A stretch of DNA of 64,000 bases from an uncultured virus (IMG/VR IMGVR_UViG_3300042987_002221) (IMGVR_UViG_3300042987_002221:1-64000); one strand, 5' to 3'; shown: positions 49,679 through 59,735, counted from the first letter of the stretch. Made by a program: numbers and translations. Notes: a model not told the origin generated them from the letters alone.

Positions 49679-50968
49679 ATGAGTGAAGTAATTGGTAAAA
49701 CTAAAAAGAAGTCTCGTAACGCCAAGTTTGACAATCTCATTGGTCCTACTGATCCTAAGATTGATGCGCAGGCACGTGACCGTCTTATTACGGCGCGTGT
49801 TGGTCTTCTGCTCAATCACGCATTTTTCGGTAATCTAGCGACACGGCTAAAACTAATCAACAGTGATGATTGGTGTTCAACTGCCGCAACCGACGGTCGT
49901 AATTTCTATTACAACAGTAAGTTTATCATGATGCTTAAGACTAAGGAAGTTGAATTCCTGGTAGCTCATGAAATCTTGCATGTGGTATATGATCACATGG
50001 GCCGTCGTGAAAGTCGTGACCACCAACTCTTTAACATTGCCAATGACTATGCAGTAAATGCGGATCTTAAGAAGCATAAGATTGGTGAATTTATTAGTAC
50101 TGTACCCTGCCTTTATGATCAAAAGTATGAAGGCATGACCAGTGAGGAAATTTATGATGAGCTAATGAAGAATGCTAAACAAGTTTCACTTGACCAACTA
50201 GTGGATCAGATGATTGATGACCATTTGGAAGGTGAAGGTGAAGGTGATGGCGATGAGGACGGGGATGATGCAAAAAATAAAAGCAAGCGTCCTAAGATGT
50301 CGGAAGAAGAACGTGAACGGCTGCGTCAGGAAATCAAGCAGGCTGTTATCAATGCAGCATCTTCTTCTGAAGCAGGGAGTATTCCCAAGGGTGTAGAACG
50401 CCTTATTAAGGATATGACCAATCCAGTAATGCCCTGGCGTGATCTTATCCAAATCAATCTAACTAGTGCAATTCGTACTGATTTTAGTTGGATGCGTCCT
50501 AGTCGTCGTAGTTGGCATATGGATGCAATCATGCCAGGTATGACTCCTGGACAAGAAATTGATGTTGTGGTAGCGATTGATATGTCAGGCTCTATCTCAG
50601 ACAAGCAGGCTCAGGCTTTTCTTGCAGAGGTAGGTGGCATGATGGAATCGTTTGATGGGTATCGTGTCCATGTCTTCTGTTTTGATACTGAAATTTATAA
50701 CCCACAAAACTTCAATAGTGAAAACATGGAAACTATTGAAACCTATCAACCTCAAGGTGGTGGCGGTACTGACTTTACTGCTATCTTTAGGCATCTGGTC
50801 GAACAAGAAAATGTACCAAAGCGTTTGATTGTTTTTACTGATGGTCTTCCTTTTGGTTCATGGGGAACAGAAGACTATTGTGATACGTTGTGGATCATTC
50901 ATGGTAGTAAGGATATTGTTCCTCCCTGGGGTACATATGCTTATTATGATGAACATAAAAATAATTAA
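49679..50968 (+). CDS. DUF2201-like metallopeptidase plus vWA domain protein
   Basis: TAATDG and AHEILH (HExxH); MIDAS residues IDMSGS, GGGGTDF and VFTDG. Confidence 0.85.
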   Translation: MSEVIGKTKKKSRNAKFDNLIGPTDPKIDAQARDRLITARVGLLLNHAFFGNLATRLKLINSDDWCSTAATDGRNFYYNSKFIMMLKTKEVEFLVAHEILHVVYDHMGRRESRDHQLFNIANDYAVNADLKKHKIGEFISTVPCLYDQKYEGMTSEEIYDELMKNAKQVSLDQLVDQMIDDHLEGEGEGDGDEDGDDAKNKSKRPKMSEEERERLRQEIKQAVINAASSSEAGSIPKGVERLIKDMTNPVMPWRDLIQINLTSAIRTDFSWMRPSRRSWHMDAIMPGMTPGQEIDVVVAIDMSGSISDKQAQAFLAEVGGMMESFDGYRVHVFCFDTEIYNPQNFNSENMETIETYQPQGGGGTDFTAIFRHLVEQENVPKRLIVFTDGLPFGSWGTEDYCDTLWIIHGSKDIVPPWGTYAYYDEHKNN

Positions 50969-50984
50969 ATTCTAAAGTTTAGAG

Positions 50985-51016
50985 GGTAGTACACTAACCG
51001 TGTACTACCTTTTTTT
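50985..51016 (+). terminator. Rho-independent terminator
   Basis: GGTAGTACAC-TAACC-GTGTACTACC-TTTTTTT. Confidence 0.8.
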
Positions 51017-51027
51017 AAGGTAACATT

Positions 51028-51387
51028 ATGGCAAGAGTTAAACACTTTTTGGCTATGTGGTGTTGTGAAGGATTAGAATGCATATTTGACATTAACAAGG
51101 CTAAAAAAGTAATGGATAACTATGAAAAAGAAAAAGTTATCAATATCTTAAAAGAAGAACCTGCACCCAGAAAACCCAATCCTATCCCATTGCAATCAAT
51201 GGTGTTGAGGGCTAGGTATAATTCTCAGCGTCAGTATGAAATATATGAATTTCAAAGTACCATATCAGAAAAAGAAATAAAAAATATATTTAATGAAGAC
51301 CCGCAAATCATTGTTGATTGGATAAGAAAAAATGGGTATAAAATCTATAGTGATTATAGACCAATGAATAAAAATAAAATTATATAA
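51028..51387 (+). CDS. Hypothetical protein
   Basis: 119-aa ORF with AAGG ribosome-binding site. Confidence 0.6.
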   Translation: MARVKHFLAMWCCEGLECIFDINKAKKVMDNYEKEKVINILKEEPAPRKPNPIPLQSMVLRARYNSQRQYEIYEFQSTISEKEIKNIFNEDPQIIVDWIRKNGYKIYSDYRPMNKNKII

Positions 51388-51431
51388 CGCTATTACATAG
51401 CATTAAATAATGTTGTTGATAGGAGAATAAA

Positions 51432-52154
51432 ATGGCAAAATTTATACGTCATGTAGGTAAGCATGGTGATCGCAAAGTAGCAATAGTTTTTCGTGAAGTG
51501 CCCGGAGAACCACATATGTGTTTGGTGACTTACACTGAATTATTAAATCAAAATGTTCATGATCCAATGATCAAGTGCATTGAAAGTGACATTGGACAGT
51601 CAAGTGAAAACTTAGCCGATGCGCTTAACCGAACCTTCACAAATGATGGTAGGCCTATTTTGCAAGTGTTACATATGGAAGGTCAATTGAAAAAGGTCAA
51701 TACTGAATTGGTTGTAATGACACCTCAGCCAAATGTAAAGATCAAGTTAAGTGAACTGAATAAGATTCTTGATGAAATGAAGACTGGTGAAGAAGCGGTC
51801 AAGAAATTAGAAGAAATGGATAAAAGTTTAGGAATTCAAAGCCCACGAGAAGTAGTGAGGAAAATGAGGGGAGATAATTTGCCTCAACAATTACAAGAAA
51901 ATCATTCTCCAGTAACTCCTGTTTTTCCTAATATGGCGGCAGCTAGTGGTAATGCATTAGATGATACATCGTTGGCAACTAACCTACGTCAACAGGCTGT
52001 GAGGATGAGCAATGAAGCTAAGGGCCTACTAGCTGAAGCAGATAGGTTGTTGAAGGAAGCTGCTAACATTGATCCAACATCAGTTGCATCAGTCGAACCA
52101 GAAGTTAAAACAGTCACAAAGACAAGAAAATCAAGAGCTAAAGTAGCAGCATAA
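51432..52154 (+). CDS. Hypothetical phage protein
   Basis: 240-aa ORF with AGGAG ribosome-binding site; coiled-coil region and basic tail. Confidence 0.65.
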   Translation: MAKFIRHVGKHGDRKVAIVFREVPGEPHMCLVTYTELLNQNVHDPMIKCIESDIGQSSENLADALNRTFTNDGRPILQVLHMEGQLKKVNTELVVMTPQPNVKIKLSELNKILDEMKTGEEAVKKLEEMDKSLGIQSPREVVRKMRGDNLPQQLQENHSPVTPVFPNMAAASGNALDDTSLATNLRQQAVRMSNEAKGLLAEADRLLKEAANIDPTSVASVEPEVKTVTKTRKSRAKVAA

Positions 52155-52450
52155 TGTCTCCGGAATTTAGTGCAAAATGGGAACATATTCTACATGATGT
52201 AGATAAGCAAAAAATTCCCATTCAATTCATTAAAAAACTAGTTATTAAACTACAAGGAAAAAAACAACAATCATTGAACATTGAAAAATTATTCAACCAA
52301 GGACTAGATCCAGAACAAATAGAAGAAGTAATCAACAGAAAATTATATGAATTGGATGATGTTCTAGTTAGTGTAGAATTTATATTAAATGTTCAAAACA
52401 TTGCTGATGCGGTTCAACCGTCAACTGATGAATTGCTGAAAAACTTATGA
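52154..52450 (+). CDS. Hypothetical protein
   Basis: Coupled to both neighbours by TAATG and ATGA overlaps. Confidence 0.6.
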   Translation: MSPEFSAKWEHILHDVDKQKIPIQFIKKLVIKLQGKKQQSLNIEKLFNQGLDPEQIEEVINRKLYELDDVLVSVEFILNVQNIADAVQPSTDELLKNL

Positions 52451-52899
52451 AATTGATAATCGCATGTACACCCAATGGAGGCATTGGGTATCAAAATAAA
52501 TTGCCATGGGAAAAACTAGATGGTGATTTAGCTAGGTTCAAAAAGCTTACTACCGGTAAAGTTATAATGATGGGTAGAAATACTTATGAAAGTTTACCCG
52601 TAAAACCACTACCTAACAGAATTAACGTTGTAGTAACAACATCTTACATCAAAGGTGTTACAACACTAATGGGCTTACCTGAAGTTGATAAGATGGATTT
52701 AAGTGATGTTTGGTTGATAGGAGGTGCTAAAGTTGTAAATTCAAGTTGGCATCTAATACATGAAGTACATCTTACTGAGACTTTTGCCGATTACGTTGCT
52801 GATACATTCATTGACTTAGTAAAATTGAAGAAAGAATTTGTTCCTTCATATACAGAAACACATTCTGATCATACATATACAATTTACAAAAGAAAATGA
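52447..52899 (+). CDS. folA: Dihydrofolate reductase
   Basis: GIGYQNKLPW, DLARFK, MGRNTYES, PLPNRINVV and IGGA motifs. Confidence 0.95.
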   Translation: MKLIIACTPNGGIGYQNKLPWEKLDGDLARFKKLTTGKVIMMGRNTYESLPVKPLPNRINVVVTTSYIKGVTTLMGLPEVDKMDLSDVWLIGGAKVVNSSWHLIHEVHLTETFADYVADTFIDLVKLKKEFVPSYTETHSDHTYTIYKRK

Positions 52900-53807
52900 A
52901 GCAATATCACAATTTACTACAAGACATTTTAGATAACGGTGAAGAAAGAGAAGATCGTACAGGAGTGGGCACATTAAGTGTATTTTCTAGGCAAGTACGT
53001 TTTGACCTAAGACAAGGGTTTCCTGCAATTACTACTAAAAAGCTTGCATTTAAAGCAATGGTTGGTGAATTGTTGTGGTTTATTGAAGGTAGCGGAGATG
53101 AACGTCGTTTAGCTGAAATTACACATGGCACCAAAGAAGGTACTGTTACAATTTGGACACCAAATGCACTAGCTCCTTATTGGAAAAACAAAGTCAAATA
53201 TTCTGGTGATTTAGGCAGAGTATACGGTGTTCAGTGGCGTCATTGGCAAACTCCAGTTGTACATAAACAAGAAACATTTACAGATGACTTTGGCAGTAAG
53301 TACAATCGCGGTGGGTCAATTCATATCAAAGAAACCGACCAACTCAAAGAATTGATCAATGGACTACAAAAAGATCCATATAGCCGTAGACATGTTTTAA
53401 GTGCATGGAATCCAGGTGAACTAGATCAAATGGCATTACCACCGTGTCATGTTTTGAGTCAGTTTTATGTAAGTAAAAATAACGAACTGAGTTGCCACAT
53501 GTATCAAAGAAGTGTGGATGTTTTTCTTGGCTTGCCCTTCAATATTGCCAGTTATGCATTACTAACACATTTGTTAGCACATCATTGTGGATACAGTGTA
53601 GGTGAACTTGTTATTAGTACAGGTGATACACATATCTACAAAAATCATATTGAGCAAGTAAAAGAACAGTTGTCACGAACTGAATATCCATTACCAAAAT
53701 TATTATTAAATACATGTAAGACAAACATTTTTGAAATGACAATGAACGATATTTGTTTAGAAGGATACCAAAGTCATGGCGCTCTTAAAGCAACGATGGC
53801 CGTATGA
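52896..53807 (+). CDS. thyA: Thymidylate synthase
   Basis: DRTGVGT, ELLWFI, MALPPCH and YQRSVDVFLGLPFNIASY motifs. Confidence 0.97.
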   Translation: MKQYHNLLQDILDNGEEREDRTGVGTLSVFSRQVRFDLRQGFPAITTKKLAFKAMVGELLWFIEGSGDERRLAEITHGTKEGTVTIWTPNALAPYWKNKVKYSGDLGRVYGVQWRHWQTPVVHKQETFTDDFGSKYNRGGSIHIKETDQLKELINGLQKDPYSRRHVLSAWNPGELDQMALPPCHVLSQFYVSKNNELSCHMYQRSVDVFLGLPFNIASYALLTHLLAHHCGYSVGELVISTGDTHIYKNHIEQVKEQLSRTEYPLPKLLLNTCKTNIFEMTMNDICLEGYQSHGALKATMAV

Positions 53808-54066
53808 AAATACACCTCTCAGAGTTACCGACAATAAAAAAGTAAAAGTTGCAGAATTTAGACTTTTTTTCGGAGACTATGAAGAAATTAACGGTCATAT
53901 TCGTGAATGGGCCAAAAGTGATTTAGGTAAATTTGTTTTAGAAAATAGTAAACCAGACATTACAATTCATTCATTTCATGACGTTTCTTCTCTTTCTGTT
54001 AGGTTAAATATTGTTGCTTATTTTGATGAGCAAACAAACATATTTTACAATTTAAAGTATAAATAG
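53776..54066 (+). CDS. Hypothetical protein (start uncertain)
   Basis: Fills the gap after thyA, overlapping it by 32 nt. Confidence 0.45.
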   Translation: MALLKQRWPYENTPLRVTDNKKVKVAEFRLFFGDYEEINGHIREWAKSDLGKFVLENSKPDITIHSFHDVSSLSVRLNIVAYFDEQTNIFYNLKYK

Positions 54067-54071
54067 TGTTG

Positions 54072-54527
54072 ATGTTCACACTATTTAACCTTTCGCAAAT
54101 AATTTCTAACCTAATCGTTACTGCAGGGGTATTACTACTAATAGTTGGTTTGTTATTACGTTTTATCCCTTTTGTAAAAAAACGAATGTTGCCCATCATT
54201 GTGATGGGCGCCTTGTTTTTTAGCGTTGGGTTATACAATCAGGGAAAACTAAAAACTGAAAAAGAATACAAGCTAAAAATTGCAGAATTAGAAGTCAAAC
54301 TAAAAGAAGCTGAAGCAGAAGGACAAAAAGTAAACACCGAAGTAGTAACAAAATTTGTAACGAAACGCGAAATTATCAAAGAAAAAGGTGAAGATGTTAT
54401 CAAATATATTGACAGAGAAATCGTCAAAATTAATAACATATGTGAAATACCAAATAGTGTGATTCAGGTACATAACTTAGCAGCAAAGAATGTTGCTCCT
54501 GACAATCAAAAAGAAGAAAATAAATGA
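54072..54527 (+). CDS. Inner-membrane spanin (Rz-like)
   Basis: N-terminal hydrophobic segments, coiled coil and C-terminal Cys; followed by a lipoprotein gene; TATAAATA at 54058-54065. Confidence 0.75.
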   Translation: MFTLFNLSQIISNLIVTAGVLLLIVGLLLRFIPFVKKRMLPIIVMGALFFSVGLYNQGKLKTEKEYKLKIAELEVKLKEAEAEGQKVNTEVVTKFVTKREIIKEKGEDVIKYIDREIVKINNICEIPNSVIQVHNLAAKNVAPDNQKEENK

Positions 54528-54799
54528 AGTGGTCCATACTTATCATAGCAGTGTTACTTGTGGGTTGTTCAACTACTGTACCAGTCAAACAAAAGTTTCC
54601 TGATGTACCTCCATTATTAATGGAAAAATGTCCACAATTGGAAACAATTGACCAAGAAAAGGTAATATTAAGTGATTTCTTGAAAGTTATGACTAGAAAT
54701 TATACCAAATATTATAGTTGTAGTGAGTTAGTCAACTCTTGGCAAGAATGGTATATTCAGCAGAAAAAGATAATGGACAGCGTATCATCTAAAAAATGA
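54524..54799 (+). CDS. Outer-membrane spanin lipoprotein (Rz1-like)
   Basis: Lipobox LLVGC; Pro-rich PDVPPLLMEKCPQL; second Cys downstream. Confidence 0.8.
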   Translation: MKWSILIIAVLLVGCSTTVPVKQKFPDVPPLLMEKCPQLETIDQEKVILSDFLKVMTRNYTKYYSCSELVNSWQEWYIQQKKIMDSVSSKK

Positions 54800-54811
54800 T
54801 AAATACGCAAT

Positions 54812-55822
54812 ATGTCAGTTCAAGAATCAAATACCACATTGAGCATATACAATGCTCTTTCTAACTTTCCAAATGGATTAATCGCCGAATATATAAACAC
54901 AGGTGTGTCGGTCAACGATGGCACTGGTGATTCATTTAGATTAGCGTTCAATAAGATAAACAATAATTTTGTGTTATTGTTTAACTTTTTTAATTTATAT
55001 TTTGGTACTACAGAATTACAACCTGAACTAGTTAGTACAGGTGTTTTACCTAACGATGGTAAAGGTGACAGTTTTATGGTTGCTTTTACCAAAATAAATA
55101 ATAATTTTGCAAATGTACGTAATATTGTTTCTTCGATAGAGGGGTTGGGTAATGTAAATTTTCAACCAATAATATTAGGTAAAAAGTATGCGGATAACTG
55201 GCATCAAGCTTTTCTTAAGATCAACGATAATTTCCAACAAATTTTTGATCTATTGAATAGCAAAATAACAATTGAAGTATTAGACCCAGAACCATTAGTA
55301 AGCCAAACTGAAATCACAGTACAAACTTCAATGGTTGTATCAGATCCAGTCGTTTTTGATTTATTATCGACCCCGGCTACTAATGCACAAGAAATAATCA
55401 ATATTGGTGCATTGCCCAACGATGGTACAGGTGATCCACTAAGAACTGCTTTCGGTAAGATCAACAACAATTTTACAACGTTATTCAATACCGCTAGTGT
55501 ACCAGAAAGTGCTAATACTACAGGTAATACCCCTGGACAAATTATATTTGATACTGAAATATCTAACTTTAATAGTGCAATGTTTACAGTTAGAAGCAAA
55601 GATAACTTTGCTAATAGCCAAAACATTACTTTATCAGCACAGATAAGTAATGACAATAGTAGTGTTGTGTTTTCTGCGTATGGCACAACATTTATAGGAA
55701 CTCCAATATGTAGATATGATATGGCTATATCTGGTTCAAATTTACGAATATTATGTAATCCAATCACTTCTAATAATTTAACGCATACCATTTATTCACA
55801 ACTACTGGTTGAACCAACATGA
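54812..55822 (+). CDS. Structural protein with repeated T4 gp9/gp10-like N-terminal motif
   Basis: NDG(T/K)GD.(F/L)..AF.KINNNF occurs three times, plus one degenerate copy. Confidence 0.65.
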   Translation: MSVQESNTTLSIYNALSNFPNGLIAEYINTGVSVNDGTGDSFRLAFNKINNNFVLLFNFFNLYFGTTELQPELVSTGVLPNDGKGDSFMVAFTKINNNFANVRNIVSSIEGLGNVNFQPIILGKKYADNWHQAFLKINDNFQQIFDLLNSKITIEVLDPEPLVSQTEITVQTSMVVSDPVVFDLLSTPATNAQEIINIGALPNDGTGDPLRTAFGKINNNFTTLFNTASVPESANTTGNTPGQIIFDTEISNFNSAMFTVRSKDNFANSQNITLSAQISNDNSSVVFSAYGTTFIGTPICRYDMAISGSNLRILCNPITSNNLTHTIYSQLLVEPT

Positions 55823-56220
55823 GAGCAAAAGAATTTATTACTGAACAAACATCACTTGATGGCATCCACGACGGATTAGATGTTGCTGCTAAAACATTAC
55901 CCTACACTTATACTGTAGATCAATTGAAAAACCAAGATTTCTATGATTTGTATCGTTTTGGTGTTGCTATAGCTGATGTTAGAGGAACAAGCATAGATGA
56001 TGGTGTAAATAACTTCAAACCAAAATTTGAAGCTGAGACATTATGGAATGAAAAACAGGTTGTAAGTAGTTTTGATAAGGATGTAGGTAAGGTAATTGAT
56101 CAGGCTTTGAAAAAAATCGGCAAAAAAGGTAAAACTATGGTAAGTTCGCCAGGAAGTGAAGAATTAGATGATGTTGATAAAACCTCTCCGATAAAACCCT
56201 TCAAAGGATACAAAAAATGA
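55819..56220 (+). CDS. Putative head-packaged protein
   Basis: MRAKEFITE leader; C-terminal KPFKGYKK. Confidence 0.55.
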   Translation: MRAKEFITEQTSLDGIHDGLDVAAKTLPYTYTVDQLKNQDFYDLYRFGVAIADVRGTSIDDGVNNFKPKFEAETLWNEKQVVSSFDKDVGKVIDQALKKIGKKGKTMVSSPGSEELDDVDKTSPIKPFKGYKK

Positions 56221-56588
56221 GAGCCGATGAATTTGTATTTGAAGAAAAAAAGGGAAAACTTTCCAACAGACAACGTATGGCAACCAGAGGCATTCATACT
56301 TTTAGCGATACAAATTATGATCGTGGATATGATTTAAACCGAGTAATGATGGCAGTAGCATCAACAGATGGAACTACAATGCCAGATATGGATGGTGAAA
56401 GTTGGAATGCAAAATATAATACAGCACATCCATATTCAGAGGTAGAATCTGATATGCTCAAATTGGCATATAAAGCAGTGGGTATTCCACATAAAGATCA
56501 TAATCACGGTGACATGCGGAGCCAAGAGTTAAAATCAACTAATACACAAAGTGTTGTTAAGCCATTTAAGGGCTACAAGAAAAAATAA
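56217..56588 (+). CDS. Putative head-packaged protein, paralog of the preceding gene
   Basis: MRADEFVFEE leader; YDLxR..xAxA and KPFKGYKK motifs shared with 55819-56220. Confidence 0.55.
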   Translation: MRADEFVFEEKKGKLSNRQRMATRGIHTFSDTNYDRGYDLNRVMMAVASTDGTTMPDMDGESWNAKYNTAHPYSEVESDMLKLAYKAVGIPHKDHNHGDMRSQELKSTNTQSVVKPFKGYKKK

Positions 56589-56638
56589 TATAGACTTCAA
56601 CTTTTATAAGTACTTACATCAAATGATGTAGGATACAA

Positions 56639-57328
56639 ATGATCGATACAAATAACATAACAGATTTATTAAAGTTGAAATTATATCATGAGTGGATTTA
56701 TTCAACGCACATTTATTCAGAAGGTGAAAGTAGATACCATAAAGATTTAACTGAACAAATGGTAAAGACATATGTTGATCCACTTAACCTAGATAAAGAC
56801 TCAAAAATTTTAGATTTGGGTTGCGGAGCAGGATATTTCTTAGACATAATGCAATCACGTGGTTACACCAACTGCATAGGTATTACTTTAAGCGATCCTG
56901 ATGTCAAGCAGTGCCTATCAAAAGGTCACACTATAAAGAAATATGATTTCAGTTTCTTACCTAAAAAAGATGGGTTTAATGATGAAAGTGTTGATTTTAT
57001 TTTTGCACGTCATGTGTTAGAACATAGTCCATACCCTATTTTTTCATTGATAGAATTTAACAGAGTCTTGAAAAGCGGGGGTAAAATTTATATAGAAGTC
57101 CCTCAACCAAATTGCGAACGAAATCATGAATTCAATTTAAATCATTATAGTATTTTAGGTCATAATCAATTGAATGCATTGTTGAGACGAACCGGATTTC
57201 AAATTGATCACTTCAATAATCTAGATTTTGATTTAAAGTTAGAAGCTGAGATTGATGGTAAGAAAGAGTTTAAAGAAAAATACTATTGCATAGTAGCAAC
57301 TAAAAAGATGGCGTTGGATATCAAGTAG
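56639..57328 (+). CDS. Class I SAM-dependent methyltransferase
   Basis: ILDLGCGAG, ARHVLEHS and RVLKSGGKIYIEVP motifs. Confidence 0.85.
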   Translation: MIDTNNITDLLKLKLYHEWIYSTHIYSEGESRYHKDLTEQMVKTYVDPLNLDKDSKILDLGCGAGYFLDIMQSRGYTNCIGITLSDPDVKQCLSKGHTIKKYDFSFLPKKDGFNDESVDFIFARHVLEHSPYPIFSLIEFNRVLKSGGKIYIEVPQPNCERNHEFNLNHYSILGHNQLNALLRRTGFQIDHFNNLDFDLKLEAEIDGKKEFKEKYYCIVATKKMALDIK

Positions 57329-57379
57329 ACTTTTTATTTTCATAGAAGCATAAATATAAGTTGTGATCGGGAAAAAAAT

Positions 57380-57925
57380 ATGACAACATATGTTTATAAT
57401 TCATCAGGTACCGCCAATGTCTCAGCTAATATAGCAACAGACAAAGTAAGAATTGCAACGACAGCATATCCAATATTATTTGGAGTCGGGTTTCCGAATG
57501 TTTCAGGCAATGGTACTGTAGTATGTGCTACCAATAGTAAAACTGTAACTGGCACTAGTAGTGATTTTGTTAATCAATTAGGTGTTGGTTATTGGATAGG
57601 AAATTCAACTGGTGTTACAGTAGGAATAGTTGCTAGCATTGCAAATGCTACAAGTTTGACACTAACTGCAAATGCAAATGTTGCAATAAGTTCAGCAGCA
57701 TATAAATTTACACCTTATGGTGTTCCTTATGTTGATGATGTGTTAGATAGTAGTAATTGTCCAAGAGCAAGTGGCATCGTACCGAGTAATACTGTATTAA
57801 ATGACGTATATGTTGGTCAAGGCAATGTAATTAGTTTTATAAATGCCAGTGCAAGTAATGCAACTTTTAGTGTTTCTGAATTAGGTATGCCACATGCTAA
57901 TACAGGCACTTCAGGTTTTAATTAA
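57380..57925 (+). CDS. Virion structural protein (beta-rich)
   Basis: A/N/S/T/V-rich; CATAAATA at 57349-57356. Confidence 0.5.
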   Translation: MTTYVYNSSGTANVSANIATDKVRIATTAYPILFGVGFPNVSGNGTVVCATNSKTVTGTSSDFVNQLGVGYWIGNSTGVTVGIVASIANATSLTLTANANVAISSAAYKFTPYGVPYVDDVLDSSNCPRASGIVPSNTVLNDVYVGQGNVISFINASASNATFSVSELGMPHANTGTSGFN

Positions 57926-57935
57926 GGAGTAATTT

Positions 57936-59438
57936 ATGGCAGTTCCAGAACCAACTGAAGTAGCACCATGGTACTTGAGAAATATAAATCAAGCCCTAGA
58001 ATTAGATGAGGCTACTGGTAATGTATTTGTACGTACTAACGCATCTATAATAGGTAACGTCAGCGTAGGAAACGTTGCTATAGGGTCATTAGGTAATGTT
58101 GACATCTCAGGCACAACTCTTCCAGTAACCATTGATAGTGGTAACGTTACTGTATTTCAAGGAACAGATCCGTGGATTGTTTCTGGTAATGTCAATGCTA
58201 CACTTAATGGTGATGCTAACGTAATTATTTCAGGCTTTAGTGGGGCAACATCAGATGCATTTGGTAGATTAAGGGTATCAGAACCTTATACCTTGTTTGA
58301 TACTCAAGCTCGTTATTATGATCATGGACAGTTTGCTTCAAATATTTCTGGCACAGGTAATGTGGTTTATGTACAAAATCAAAGTAGTTATCAACTCAAT
58401 GTAGGTTCAGCATCAGGCGATAGTGTTATAAGAGAAACACTAAAACCATTCCCATATCAACCTGGAAAGAGTCAACTCACACTTAATACATTTTGTATGA
58501 GTACACCAAAGACAAATTTGCGTCAGCGTGTAGGATTGTTTGATAGCAATGATGGGGTATTCTTTGAAAATGATGGTACCTACAACTATTTTGTTATTCG
58601 TTCCGGATCAACTGGTGTAGAAGAACGTGTAAGACAAGATGCGTGGAACGGTGATAGATTGAATGGTGCAGGTGGCGCAAATAATCCTTCTGGCTATACA
58701 TTATATCCAGATCGCACACAGATTGTGTTTGCAGATGTTGAATGGCTTGGTGTAGGCAGTGTCCGTGTTGGATTTATTATTAATGGTGCTTATATTATTT
58801 GCCATCAATTTAATCACGCCAATCAAACCGGAAATACTAAAGTTTATATGACTACCGCGACATTGCCTATTCGGTATGAAATCACTAACACTGGTGCTAC
58901 TACAGGCACCAGTACGATGACGCAGATTTGTAGTTCAGTTATTAGCGAAGGTGGGTTTCAGTTAGCAGGATCGGGTAATCCTAGAGCGGCATCTCATTTG
59001 ATTGGATCTCCTGTAACATTACCCAACGATAATAGTTTTAAACCTGTAATCGCTATCAGATTAAAGAGTACAAACTTAAATGCGGTAGTAATACCTATGA
59101 ACTACTCTTTGGTTCCTACGGCAGCTAGCATATTCCAATATAGAATATATAAAAGAGCAATAACATCAGGTGGTTCTTGGGTAGATTCAGCCGCAGATAG
59201 TTCAGTGCAATACAATCTTGGTCCTACTGCACTAGTCTCCGGTGATATTGCAGAACAGTCATTCTTGAACTCTACTAATCAAAGCACAGCAGCACCCACA
59301 CAAGAAGGCTTCACTTTTGTATATCAACTTGAAAGACAGCCCTTTACTGGTGTAGCCTATGAGTATGTAATAACTATGGCAACTACTGGTCAAAATCAAA
59401 CTGTATATGCAAGTATTGAATGGCAAGAAATAACATAA
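57936..59438 (+). CDS. Virion structural protein
   Basis: 500 aa, beta-rich; DAFGRLRVSEP and YQPGKS motifs; AAGGAG ribosome-binding site. Confidence 0.55.
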   Translation: MAVPEPTEVAPWYLRNINQALELDEATGNVFVRTNASIIGNVSVGNVAIGSLGNVDISGTTLPVTIDSGNVTVFQGTDPWIVSGNVNATLNGDANVIISGFSGATSDAFGRLRVSEPYTLFDTQARYYDHGQFASNISGTGNVVYVQNQSSYQLNVGSASGDSVIRETLKPFPYQPGKSQLTLNTFCMSTPKTNLRQRVGLFDSNDGVFFENDGTYNYFVIRSGSTGVEERVRQDAWNGDRLNGAGGANNPSGYTLYPDRTQIVFADVEWLGVGSVRVGFIINGAYIICHQFNHANQTGNTKVYMTTATLPIRYEITNTGATTGTSTMTQICSSVISEGGFQLAGSGNPRAASHLIGSPVTLPNDNSFKPVIAIRLKSTNLNAVVIPMNYSLVPTAASIFQYRIYKRAITSGGSWVDSAADSSVQYNLGPTALVSGDIAEQSFLNSTNQSTAAPTQEGFTFVYQLERQPFTGVAYEYVITMATTGQNQTVYASIEWQEIT

Positions 59439-59716
59439 TGTTTGATCCATTTAAACAATCTAAACTTCAAAACGCATATCAATCTATGAAGGAGTACAAA
59501 CCTGCTCTTGAAAAAGATATGACATTAGATGAGTTAAAACGTTTGAGTGGTAATGGAAAAATTACGGGAGAAACAAGAAAAACTCCCGATTCTGCTCTAG
59601 CTACTAAAAAAGCAGAATATATGCGCGAACATAATATTCGTCCTGGTGATAAAGAATGGTTTAAACTTTGGTTTGCACAACCAGATATTACAGGCGAAAA
59701 TCCCTTCAGCAAATAA
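59438..59716 (+). CDS. Hypothetical protein upstream of terminase
   Basis: TAATG coupling places the ATG at 59438. Confidence 0.55.
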   Translation: MFDPFKQSKLQNAYQSMKEYKPALEKDMTLDELKRLSGNGKITGETRKTPDSALATKKAEYMREHNIRPGDKEWFKLWFAQPDITGENPFSK

Positions 59717-59735
59717 TTACTCAATAAATAAATTT

